From Octopus vulgaris (Eukaryota): DNA of 64,000 nucleotides. A model generated the notes under the pieces. The model had not been told where the DNA came from and did not search any database. It saw only the letters and a program-made list of their open reading frames with translations. Positions 25,807 to 39,355 of the stretch are shown here, in pieces (within the stretch, counting starts at the first letter, position 1; each line of letters opens with the position of its first letter). The stretch is from NCBI GenBank assembly GCA_951406725.2, contig OX597816.1, positions 89,342,001 through 89,406,000 of the forward strand, given 5' to 3'. The position numbers and the translations under genes are program-made.

Positions 25807-25880
25807 TGGCCCGATAACTGAAGAGATGTCGGCGTGGGTTTCCGCCCCGACATCCGAAACTCGGAGCTTTATCAAGGCTA
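25807..25880 (+). ncRNA. Type I hammerhead-ribozyme-like motif (probably inactivated)
   Basis: Stem I GATAA/TTATC (extended by TGGCC/GGCTA), core CTGAAGA, stem II GATGTCGG/CCGACATC, GAAA, and minimal stem III CTC-G-GAG. The cleavage triplet reads GCT instead of GTH. Confidence 0.7.
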
Positions 25881-25971
25881 CGGAATAATTGTCACATATA
25901 TTTCTAGATAAATTCCGCTATTTACATAATATCGATTCTCTTTCATTCTTTTGTTGCCTTGTCATTTCCAT

Positions 25972-26019
<48 letters not shown>

Positions 26020-26070
26020 CAGAATGAGATAAAAAAAACCAAGGCTGTGAAGATTACAGCTGTTTCCACG

Positions 26071-26117
<47 letters not shown>

Positions 26118-26190
26118 GTATATATGTATATATGTATGTATATATATGTATATATGTATGTATATGTATATGTATATATATATGTATATG

Positions 26191-26257
<67 letters not shown>

Positions 26258-26715
26258 GTATATCCGCATCTCTCGCTGTGGTTATTTTAACCAGAGTTCC
26301 TTTATATTATAAAGGAAATAATTAATTCCATTGTCACATACCGATACACGTGTATTTGAGGTGATACTTTTCTCGCAATTAACTTGATCTGATACCGTGT
26401 ATTGGAATTTAAGCAAACTTAAATCCTGTGAGAGATATTCTAAATCATTTGAAAGCTCAAAAATATTGCAAAATTCAGTTTTCATTTCTTACTTGCAGAG
26501 ATGTGGAAACTTTCATCGCACCAATGCGACCTGGTCTCCGACGCAGATCCACTGCAACTGTTTATAACATTGCTAATGTTGACTTTTTATTGGTTTTATA
26601 GTTTCATGTCTCTCTCTTTCTCTCTCTCCCTCTCCCTCTCCCTCTCCCTCTCCCTCTCCCTCTCTCTTTCTTACTTTTACTCTCTCTCCTTTCTTTCTCT
26701 CTCTCTCTCTATCTA

Positions 26716-26749
<34 letters not shown>

Positions 26750-27229
26750 CGCTCGCTCTCTTTTTTCTCTCTCTCTCGTGTTGAACTTATGGTCGAATAG
26801 GTATACGGTGTAGCTGTTTTCCGACTTCTTCACATCATTCGTTGTTAGTCGATTCCAATTTCCATTCTTTTGCCTATTTACAACTTTATAGGTATTATTA
26901 TCATTATCATTATCATGTTCCACTTTTTTCTTCCTTCACTTCTCTTCCAACGTTTCTCTTTTATATTTCTTATCTCCTCCACTTGTCTTGATGGATATCT
27001 GAAATTATGCATATTCCGTTCGCTATGTATAGATATAAGATATTTTTTGATACATCTTTATTGCCGCATAAGTCTTTAGAAATTAGATTTTTGCTATATA
27101 GATTAAATTCATTTTAACCATGTGGTATAAAAAGTAGGGAGATAAATACTTATAAAGAATTAATATTGATGAATCTTTCTGCACAAAATCACACTTGCCT
27201 ATGCATACGCACATATGCATACACATATG

Positions 27230-27301
<72 letters not shown>

Positions 27302-27562
27302 GTGTGTATGTACATACATACATACATATATACGTACATACTTTGATAGAAAGAGAGAGAGATTACAGAGCAGAATTACACCAGTAGTAATAATGGTGAC
27401 TATATGTATGTCTGTGTGCATATGTGTGTTTATATACATGTGTTTGTGTAAATATATATACATACATACACACACACACACATATATATATATATACATA
27501 CGTACATACATACATACATACATACATACATACATACATACATACATACATACATACATACA

Positions 27563-27593
<31 letters not shown>

Positions 27594-28307
27594 GTACATG
27601 CATGCTTACTTACTAACGTACTTGCATACACAACGTTATATGCGTTTAGAACTAATCACCACAATTTCAGTTCCAATAAATTTGCTTATCAGTTGTTTAT
27701 GCGATTCATTGTCATACTTAAAGCTGTAAGTAATTTGTTGTAGTCTTAAGCCGGATATGACCGATATTCTCAGTTGCAGCTCTAATGTTGTAAATATCTC
27801 ACGAGTGTGGCTTAATTTTGTCGAACCAAAATCAGCGTTCTCTGCAGGACGTTTCGACAAAAGTTTTATTATGGCATCTACCTAACTTGGATCTTGTGGT
27901 ATAGTAGGCACCAGATTATGGTGCCTACTAGCAGATGGATAAAGCAACGTCCATATTGACTATAGCGTAGTAAGACGGCTAAATTTGTCAACTCTGATAA
28001 TGAAACATTTAGAGCAATCAAATCTATTTCCCAATATCTTTGTTATTGGATGTAATATTTCTTCGAAAATCTATGATATTCTATCTGCCGTATCTGTTCT
28101 GGATATTTATATTCTGAGATCAAATTCCACCACCTAGCTAATATCCTATCAATAGTAAGGTCATTGCAGAATACTACCGTGTAGCAAATGGGAAATAAAG
28201 ACGATTGTATGAAATATATTCTGTTTTAGTTTATAAAAGTCCTGTGTATCCGAAGTATACCGCAATATTTCCATTAATATGTGGGTATATCTATATATAT
28301 CTATCTA

Positions 28308-28375
<68 letters not shown>

Positions 28376-29815
28376 TACTTGGAGAAGAGAAATAGAGAAA
28401 TAACGCGTGCGTTCGGTCATATAATAACAATATAATAAATAAATAAAATATATGCATACATACATACATATATGTAGCTTCGTGCTTTCAACAAGCATAC
28501 ATCGACTTCCGTCTTTCGCAACCCGAATTTTCACATGCGTTCTAACTAATTTTTCCATCGTCTAGGCCTAAAAAAGCCCTTATTGTTGGTTCCCTGTCCT
28601 GTTATTCTTTATTTGTACTGTTTTTTCTACTGCTTTTACGTCCTGTTCTTGTCACTTGTTTTACCCCTCTGCAAAAGAATTTTATTTAATTCCTTTTGCA
28701 GGAAGGACTGCTTCGGCCTGGCCGGGTTTTGCCCTTATCTTCGAAACACGCATTGAGTGGAACCAGGGGCAGCTGATGAAGGGGAATTTTCCTTGTATTG
28801 TTTGTCCTGTACTCTGTTATTTCGTTGTTAAAAAAGTCCGTTTCCTTGTTTGATTTTATGTTTTCGTTTCTCGTTGTGTTCTACGTTTATTTGTGGTGTC
28901 CTGTACTCATATATATATATATATGCATGTATATATATATATATAGATGTAAGTATGTACATATATGTATGTATATATGCATATATTTTATTTATATATA
29001 TATATATCATAAATAGAATGGACAATACAAAGGACAACACAGGAGGAACGATTTTTAACAAATATGGTATTAACTTAGCGCTTAATCAGAAATGCAAAGT
29101 GTTTTAACGTTTTGGATACCAGTTCTTCATCAAACGAAGAATGAGAAAAGCATAGATGTAACGAGAAAGAGAAATAGTTAGTAATAAAACAGGCGATTGG
29201 TTAGAAACAAAGTAGGAACGTTGTTCTGTGGTTAAGTTAATAAGGAAGGAAAGAAGAAAAATTCAGAAAGAAGAATACGTAGATGCCAGTTTATGCGGGT
29301 CTGGAAGCTGGTATGAATGAGATGGGGTATGTATTTGTGTGATCGTATGAGAACATTGCTTAGCGCAGCACAGTTGTGTGTGTGCGTGCGTGTGCGCGTG
29401 TGTGGGGAGAACAATCCTACTTCCATAAAACGTCGACCTTTTGGAATATTTCTCCCATCCATGCGTTTGGTTGCCACGGTTAACTTGCAAATATTTCAAG
29501 CAGGCAATAACATCACTTATCATCTCGTTTTCGGAGTGCTATCAACAGCAATGGGAAGAATATTTTCTTCCCTTCTTCCAGACTGAAATACAAAGAAAAA
29601 TATATGGCAATGTCAGACAATACATAGTGATTCAATCTTACACTGAAGGTGTTTCAATTAACTTACCAAAAATAAAACAGCATGGGTTTCATAACCTTCT
29701 GTCAGTCTTTCACCTGAAGCAAGCATGTATGAGTATGTGCACATCTGTATATAAGTGTGTGTATATACGTATAAATCCGCATATATATATATATATATGT
29801 GTGTGTGTATGTATG

Positions 29816-29894
<79 letters not shown>

Positions 29895-30408
29895 ATATAT
29901 ATGTATATATGTATGTATATACGTATTTATATATATATATATATATCATATCATATCATATTATATTATATCATATTATATTATATTATATTATATAACA
30001 TAAACGTACTGAAGTGGAAACGAATCAAAAGTACTAAAATAAAATATATATTTCAAAAGTTGAAATTAATTATGCTTGCGTGTGATAAACGCGTGTATTA
30101 TAAAGCCAAGTGTATTTACGACATTACCAAAAGCACAAGGGAGATATTTGCCAGAAGCTGATTCGTTTATGCAATACTATTATGATAAAAAAAATCTACG
30201 AAAATTACACAATAAACTTAAAGCAATGTTCGAACAATAATATAGAATGTGATTCAGAAGTCCCATTAGCATTTGAATTATATATAATGTTCTGCTATAT
30301 AATTTGTTATCATTTCTATTTTAAATATATATTTTATATACTGGCTTTGCTCTTTTGTTATGGATATCCCTTTTATATATGGTCTTTCGAAACTACATTC
30401 ATCATATA

Positions 30409-30613
30409 GGCGCAGGTGTGGCTGTGTAGTAAGAAGCTTGCTTCCCAACCACATATTTCTAGGTTCAGTCCTACTGCGTGGCACCTTGAGAGCTGTCTTT
30501 TACTAAAGCCTAAGGCCGACCAAAGCCTTGTGAGTGGATTTGATAGATGGAAACTAGAAACCCGTCGTGAATATACATATATACATACATACAAGCATAT
30601 ATACATACATACA

Positions 30614-30649
<36 letters not shown>

Positions 30650-30877
30650 TAAATATGTTTGTGTGTGTGTGTGTTTGTTCCCCGCCACCGCTTGACAACC
30701 AATGTTGGTTTGTTTATGTCCCCGTAACTTAGCACTTCAGCAAAAGAGACCATGGGATAATTACTTTTCTTACAAAGAATAAATCGTGGGGTCGATTTCT
30801 TAGACTAACACACTTTACGTTAGTGCTCCAGCATGGCTGCAGTCAAACGAATGAATCAAGTAAAAGAATAAAAGAAT
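30409..30877 (+). mobile_element. SINE family B, full length
   Basis: tRNA-like head ggcgcaggtgtggctgtgtagtaagaagcttgcttcccaaccac..ggttcagtcc, internal (TACA)n and a (taaaagaa) tail. Confidence 0.9.
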
Positions 30878-32089
30878 CAAAAGTTCAGAGCTTTTTATGT
30901 TACAATGAAATAGCACAATGCAAGGTAATCCTGTTCAATTATCCAGCTAGTCCGGCTACCCGTGGATTGTGTAATATGAAAGTCATAGCAATAGAGCGAA
31001 TAAACTGGGATACCGCAACCGTAGTAATCAACGAGTGAAGTGGGAATCAGTACTAAAGCATACAAAGAAAGGGGTGAATGAAATCTATAGGGATGAGGTG
31101 CGATGCATGAACTCAGGGCAGAGAAAGAAAGAGAGATGTACATTAAGGAACATCAGTGGCTTCGAACTACCAATTTGTAATCTTTCCATTCTATCAATGT
31201 ACCATTGGAACACCAACACAAGTTAGATTAAATAAGTAAACCTATTTCATTGAAAAATATAAGCCAAAACTTAACCATTTCTAACATTTTTTAAATAAGG
31301 AAACTCACCTCATTGAAAAAAACCAAACCACTTTTAACATTCTATTTCTTCTAAACCTAGTCGTTCGCGACATTTTTTATTATCGCCATTATACCGGAAA
31401 AAATCCCTGATTACCTTCCACTGTCTGGAACTCCGTATTTCACAACATAGCGAAGACATGACACGATATAGGTAAAGAAATTTGAGAACTTTGAAAAGAA
31501 AATACGAAACTGTTACTATACGCAAACTTTTCCAACATTTTTCTAACATAACGATTTGAATATATTCTTTCACCATGTAACACAAGCCTTCTGTAGTTTT
31601 TTCACCCTATATATATATATATATTGAACCAGAAACGACTTTCCTCTTACCTCCCGACTATAAGCCTATCCTTTTCTGTAAATATATACACGCGTATAGG
31701 TATATACAAATTATTTATGTATGAATATATGTATGTGTATGTATAATACATATATTATTTTTTAAATTCGATGTAATGTTGCATTTGTAAGAGAAATGTG
31801 CCTATAAAAACAATTAAACATTAAATTTCGAGCAAAAATATCTGAACTGTAGACATGTTTATATGAGAACTGGTTTATATGAGTACCTGGGGATTTGCTT
31901 CCTATCGACAACGAGTGTAGCCCTACGTATGAAGTTTGTTGAATTTGGGGAATTTTGTTGTTTTTTTTCCTTTTTTTGCTTTCAGTGTATTTATGTCACA
32001 TAGGGAAAATTTATTAAGAACAAAAAATATGTGTAATATTTTCCTTTAATATTTATATCCTGATTATGTTCTACTTCGTTCATATCTGT

Positions 32090-32145
<56 letters not shown>

Positions 32146-32147
32146 TG

Positions 32148-32198
<51 letters not shown>

Positions 32199-32307
32199 TG
32201 CATATATATATATATATATATAAGGATAACATCGTTATTTAAAATACCGATCCTATCAAGTGGCCAGCATAGGAATAAAAGCCTGAAAAGGTAATAATTA
32301 TTATTAA

Positions 32308-32429
32308 AATTATAATTAAGGGTATCTAAGAGATACCACGATGCTTGAAGCTGCAGTCAAAACTTGAAATAGAGTCAAGTTTTGACTGCTATTTCAAGCA
32401 TGGTGGTATCTCTTAGATACCCTTGATTA

Positions 32430-32434
<5 letters not shown>
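32308..32434. repeat. Fold-back palindrome, 60-bp arms and 7-nt loop
   Basis: 32308-32367 against 32375-32434: 55 of 60 positions complementary by my count. Confidence 0.95.
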
Positions 32435-32480
<46 letters not shown>

Positions 32481-33333
32481 GCTCATATTTACATATATCT
32501 GTATACATATTTCAATGTATATTGACCCATTTTAAAATCATTCGATATAATAAATGCAATCAGATACAATTATTCTGCGTTCATTGATGTGCGTTTATTA
32601 TATTAAAACGTAATTACTGAGCCAATAATAATTTTTTGCACGATTAAACTACTAAAATACTTGATCAAGTAGATTAATGATTACAACTTCGATCTCAATA
32701 TTTTTGTTATCGTTTATTTAGTTTTTTGCTAATTTCTTCGTTCGTTTCCGTTTTCTTTATATTTTCTAGTTTTTCACTCGAGGTGTTCTATACATTGAAC
32801 TGCGAGATGTTAACGCTTCGACTTTAATTCATCAAACGCACACGTGTGGTTAACTGACTCGCGTAACACCTCTGAGGTTAAATACAAAGAAAAAACGCAA
32901 AACAGATACTATATCTGTTTTCAGTTTTTTTCGTATTGTTTCCCACATTCTATTCAAGGAAATATATCTGCTTTCACAAAAAAAGGCACTGTAGTGATAT
33001 TTCTTTACCAATTATATATCCATATATGTGATACACAATGAACGGCAGAAACATTCACCAGTAACGTACAAGAGACGCGCACATCCGCAGAGAAGTCCTC
33101 GAAGAAACATTTCCACTGACATGCACAGTGAAGGATGTGCGCAAGTAAATATGATGGATAACGTGGAAATGTTCGTAAAGCTATGAGCATGCATCAGGCA
33201 GAAGTAAAATAAATATACACAACTGAATACATGCATTTACATAATAAAGGGTTAAATAATACCTTATTATGTCAATGCACAGACACTTTACACATGTACA
33301 TATATATCATATATGTAAAGTACATACACACAT

Positions 33334-33377
<44 letters not shown>

Positions 33378-34140
33378 ACATATACACACACGCGAACATA
33401 CACACACACACATATATATATATAGTATAAAACCAGAAAAATACAAATTTCACATATAGCTCATACTTTAATTGTGCTCAACAGTTGTTTCATTAAGATA
33501 AACATTATTGATGTATAACTACATAATCGTGGTACAAAGTTAATCATTTCGATTAAATCAAAAAGCTATGTTTAGCAAAGCCAACAGGAATATTTAATCT
33601 AAATATGTTGCTCTGAAATAATATTTTAGACAATTTCTACAGAATCGCTTCTCTTGGAATCTGATTAGACAGCTAACAAATTAGAAATGCACCTACCAGG
33701 CTACAGCGAGCAAAGACGTTCTAAGCTAACAATGCTGTGCTTATAGCTTTGGTTTACCTGAAGGGAAAATTTCTTGTCCACTTTAAACTGCCATGAAAAA
33801 GCCTTTACAAGTTGAAATATGTGTATATTTATTCATATCCAAACCTTGGAATAAAACATGTGCAATTGCTTATATACATAAATTTAGAATGCTTAACTGG
33901 ATTTGAAATTTCACTCTATACTTTATATTGTACACTAGTTATGCATCTTCAATTCCCGAAGAAAAAGTAAACAATTATACTGCCCAGCTACTGAGTGAAC
34001 GACGAAACAATAAATAATTAGAAAAAATCTGAATTAGGGATTAAACTTATAGAAGTTGATCCTTACTATTACTAGTATTCAAACAAACGTCACACTCACA
34101 TGTGTGTGTATGTGTATGCCTGTGTACGTGTATGTGTGTA

Positions 34141-34237
34141 TGTGTGTGTGCGCGCATGTGTGTGTGCGCGCATGTGTGTGTGCGCGCATGTGTGTGTGCG
34201 CGCATGTGTGTGTGCGCGCATGTGTGTGTGTGTGTGT
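34141..34237. repeat. 16-bp minisatellite (cgcgcatgtgtgtgtg) x5, alternating purine-pyrimidine
   Basis: cgcgca recurs at 34151, 34167, 34183, 34199 and 34215. Confidence 0.9.
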
Positions 34238-35097
34238 ACAGACCTTGAAATTACTTCCATGCATATGTATATACATACATTTGTGTGTATGTGTACATTT
34301 ATCTTAACCGAAGGATTACTAAGACAAGTTTTCGATCAAGTACTCAACACCATTCTTAATAGTTTTACGAAAACACATTTATAAGTGTTCTGTAAGATTC
34401 TGTGATCTATATGTCTTTCTCAGAAATATTAGCTTTGTATTAAATGAAATGTTTGTGATCGATAGTCGACTCTCGATCGATGTCTAGTTTAGCCGAGAGC
34501 TGACCTCTCGCTTTGTAGCACGCGCTCTAGTATAAACAAATATTAATGTATTTTGATTTGATATTAAATGGTGTTATCTTAAAGGAGATGTAACTGTGAG
34601 TTCGTGATGTACATGCTTGTCTAAAAAATATGGACTGCTAAAAAGCAATGAAACGGTCTTAATCGGGGATTGAATTCAGCCAGTTGACTTGGTGAGCTGC
34701 ATGCATATTGCTTGTTCCATAGCTCATATACTACAATTCATTGCAAGAAAACAGAATAAAATATCGAAAGAAATAAAATAATATATCAAATATAATTTGA
34801 CCAGAAGCTAAGTAAATAAGAGAAAGTTGTTACAGGAGACTAATGATAATGGTATTTTTTTAAAACTAGAAACAACACAAAAATGTGAAACAAAACAAAG
34901 CCTCAACGAACTGCTTTAAATTAGACGTTTATTGATCTTACTTACAGTAATAAGGAAGCCAAAGATATTCTATCTTGGCATCAATAACACATACGGTAAC
35001 AGCGCTCCAAAAATGGAGAGAAGAAAAACCAAATAGATATCCTTTTTATACAAATTTGCTAAATTAATACAAATGGCTTACAAAGTAGACACGAATA

Positions 35098-35140
<43 letters not shown>

Positions 35141-35141
35141 G

Positions 35142-35186
<45 letters not shown>

Positions 35187-35686
35187 GTATGTATACATAT
35201 ACAAAGCTATAAAAAGAGGGCAAATTTGTTGTTAATGTTTTTGCTCGGTGTTCTTGTTATTAATTTTAGCTTTCTTGTCCATTTGGTTTTGATTATTTGT
35301 GTGTTTGGTTCTTCTTTTTTGTTATTGTTGTTCGTGGTGTTCGTAATTTTTTGGGTATTTTTTCCTTCTTTGGTATTGCTTTATTTTGGTTGGAGATGTT
35401 TTTTTTTCTCGTCCATGATTTCAGTAAATTACTAACTAAATTGTTTGATTAGTTGACGAAGATCGTTTCTCTTCTGTACTTTTTGTTTTGCTTCTTTCTC
35501 TCTCTTCTGCCCCCCACACGCACACACACTTGTACACATGCACATACTCTAATGTAGACACACTGTCTCCTGTCTCTCTCTCTCTGTTTTTCTCTCTCTC
35601 TCTCTCTCTCTCTCCATTATATATAAGTGTGTGTGTACGTTGGTTTATATATGTATGCATGAATACATATATCCATCTATATCTAT

Positions 35687-35745
<59 letters not shown>

Positions 35746-36774
35746 CATACATATATCTTTACATATATATATATATATATATATATACATACAAACATAT
35801 ATTACACATATACACTGTATATCTATTGTATATGTAGATGCACTCACACACACATATACGCAAACACACACAAACATATATATGTGCACAATTGAATACA
35901 TCACCGAAGATATAAATAGTTGATTATTAAAATAGATAAATATATAGGTGGATAAAATGTGAGACGGTGGCAGAAGGAGACCGACAGATAGACAAACTGA
36001 CGGACAGACAATCAGACAGCTAAACAGAGACTGTAGACATAAATAAACAAATAGGGCTCTATTCAGCTCTGACACTGCTTACAGCTGTCAGTTGTATCTG
36101 CCAACGTCACGTATTTGCAACTTATAGGTTGAACCAATGAGATTCACCTGTCTTGTAACGATGACACTGATAAGGTACAAACTTTATCACTTCGGCAACA
36201 GACCGAAATATTGATTCCTAGAATAGGCATAATGCCACAATTCATGGTTACTTAATTTTACAACGTAGGAATACTACAGTCATCCCCGATGGGATTTGAA
36301 ATCAGAACTCAAAGGGAAAGGGAATCACTGAGATGGGATTCTACTTTTTGCTAAGATCAGTGTTCTAGTGCGAATAGAGACGTAATCCCAAAATTGTGTC
36401 AAAAGACAGTGATATTTTTCCTGTCTCCTTTTGTTCTTATTAGCATATCTCGAGATTAGTCCACGTTACGTTTACTCGACCAAAGAGATTATATGATATT
36501 CAAGTTTTTAGAAAGGCGAGAATATTTTGTGACCCAATTTCCACTATTCTGTTACAAGTGTCTTGTGGATACAATTATATATCGGGAAGAACTTTCTGTG
36601 ATGTTTGCTTAAATTTTTCTGAAACACTATAATTGTTTGTAGATAGAACCTAGCTCCATAGAAGCTGCATGTCGAATAGATGGGACACGGCCAAAGTTTC
36701 TAAATACTAAGGGATTTATTTGTTATTGTATTTTGTATAAAGTTGGCAGTTCATTAATAGCTATGCAGCCAAAA

Positions 36775-37137
36775 GTAGGCGGAGCCAGGCTGAATGTTTT
36801 AAAAAAGTTTGTTTTGCAATCACAAGGTCTCAAGTTCGGTCGCTCTGTGTGGCACACTGGTCAAGTGTCTGTGGCTATTATATCGGTCCAACTTAAGCAG
36901 TGTCGGTGACATTGGATTGGCGGAAAATATGCAGTGTCATATCTGATAGACTGTACGTGTCCTTCAAAGTGACAACCTTGTATATACACTGTGGCGAGCT
37001 GATTCTCCTCTGAGTATTACATTAACGGTACGGTTGTCTGTGAGATGCTCAGCTACTTTAGCACCAATTCAATGAGTAAGTAGGTAATTCAGTTGCGCGA
37101 AAAACTAGATTTTCGTCGTCGAAATCTACGGAGAACC
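36775..37137 (+). mobile_element. Old chimeric SINE with a family-B-like head and family-A-like 3' body
   Basis: The 5' part gtaggcggag...gtgtggcacactggtcaagtgtct aligns to family B. The 3' part ttcaaagtgacaaccttgt...gctgattctcctctgag...tgctcagctact...cgtcgtcg..acggag aligns to 5210-5388. Confidence 0.65.
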
Positions 37138-38049
37138 ATTTACTTCAACTACATTGCTTTACTAAATTAGTGCCTCACTTTCATCTCATTAATCTTTATA
37201 TGTAGCAAATAGAGAAGCAAAGTATAATATCAGTCTATAATCAAAGAAATGTAAATAATTCAAAAATTCCCAGTGAGTTTAATTATTCCATCTTGTGCTT
37301 AAATTGATTTTGAAACCCTAATCCGTTCTGTCTTCCTTCTGATTTCACTTTCAAGTTGGGTATGCAGAAAAACATCCAGTTGTTAAATGGTACGACTTCA
37401 ATAAAAAAGACAAACCTTTTAGTTGAAACACAGTGATAAGAGAAATATTACGTTTCTAAAAATCTTGGTGAGGGTGGCAGCAAAATCAGTGCACTTTGTC
37501 TTACTGTTAATAAGTGATAAGGAGAGGAGGCTCAGACAGAGAAATAAAACAACTTCTGCACCATATTAATAGCATCTTGGCTTTCTGCTCTCAACCGCAA
37601 CTGGCAGCTTCTTTCCGTTGAACAGCTGGTTTAGGTCTGGGATCCTTTCCACCTCATTGTCTACAATTCAATGCCGTTGGCTATACAGACCACAAATTTA
37701 TGGTCTTTACGGTCGACTTAGACAGGCTGCAGTGACAGGTATTCAGTTACTGACAACTGAGCGCATTTTCCCCAGCGTGCCAAGTTTACAGAGACAGGAT
37801 TAGAAAAACTAGTTAAGAAGTACTTGACGAGGCAATCAGCAATAACCTATGGTGGTTAACCTTGAAAAGGGCTCTTAGATTAGAATCGTTAAAATTCAGT
37901 AAGGAATAGTAACACTTAATTAGAGAGTAGAGGGTAAGTTAGTTTGTAACCTAGAAGGTACACTTAGGAAAAGCGTTGCAACTGACGTCCTGGTGGTGAG
38001 ATTGACCCATGACCGATCCTTCAACGATAAGCACGAAGACTGCATTGTC

Positions 38050-39316
38050 AGAGATAGGAGACATGCTTTAATGCATGAGAGAGTGAAAACTATTCGATTG
38101 CCCATTACTCTAATAAATGCAGAGTTGAAAATTTTGGCCAAGGTGTTACCTAAGCGGGTGGTGTTTGTTGTCGATATCCTGGTGGGTGAGACACAGGCAT
38201 ATTCCGTACCAGGTGGATATGCCTGCAACAAACTCCACTTCAAGTGATACATCATAGAAAAGGTGGTTAAAGAACCTGGTATGAGTGGGGCTTTGATCAA
38301 TTTAAATCAGTCAAAAGCGTTTGATAGGATCGGCAATCAGTACTTGGCGGCTCACCTCAAGACAGCTGGTTTAATGTTTGATTTTGATCAAAGTAATTAG
38401 CAACGTTGTCATCTCTCATCGATAGTCTGATGATTCACAAACATTCACCATCGCGAACAGATATCTACACGACCAACTCGTATAATACATCATAGAACTC
38501 GTATAATACATCTATAATCATAGAACTCGTATAATACATCTCCAACTCGTATAATATATCATAGAAAAAGTGGGCAAGAAGCTTAGAACAATTGAGGCAC
38601 TGAACAACTTAAGTCAGTCAAGAGCATTCGATAGGGTCAGTCACTAATACTTGAGGGTTGTCTTCACTGCATGAGGTTTCGGTTCCATCAGAGGCTGGAT
38701 TACTGCAAAGTACAGAATTGCGTACTATAGGAACCATTTAGTTTCTGCGTTCTGGCCATGAAGGTTGTCCGCTCTTATCTCTTCTTTACGTACTGACACT
38801 TCAGAAAGTAGAGACATAATTGGTTATCCCGCGCAAACTAGGATGCGGAAGATATGTGTTGACGTACTCAGACGGTGACACATAATAGTGTTGTCGAAGA
38901 GCAGATACAACGAGATGTTCGGCACTGCTCTAAATGTGTAACAGCAGTGAAATTGAACCTGGCAAAATTGGTGTGCCTGCAACTCCACATCTGGAGAGAC
39001 AGGTAAATGCCGTTCAACAGCATTATGAGATGTTGGACGGACGGACGTACCGTTTAAATTCTTTATGGTCTGGTTTGATTCAGATCAATAAGTTAGGAGT
39101 AAGTAACAAACAGGACGGCCAGTGTTATCCAAATATTGGCAGAAAAGAAATTATTTCGCAAAAGCCGGGCAGATGAGGCAAATGCTTTCATCGCCTTCGT
39201 CATCAATTACTGTCTGATCATTGCGATCGTTCAAGTTCCTCATTGACCGAACTGAAGCGTCTCTCCTTCAGTGTTTGTGTATGTTTGTTCATGCGTGCGC
39301 GTATGCGTGTGTGTGT

Positions 39317-39355
<39 letters not shown>

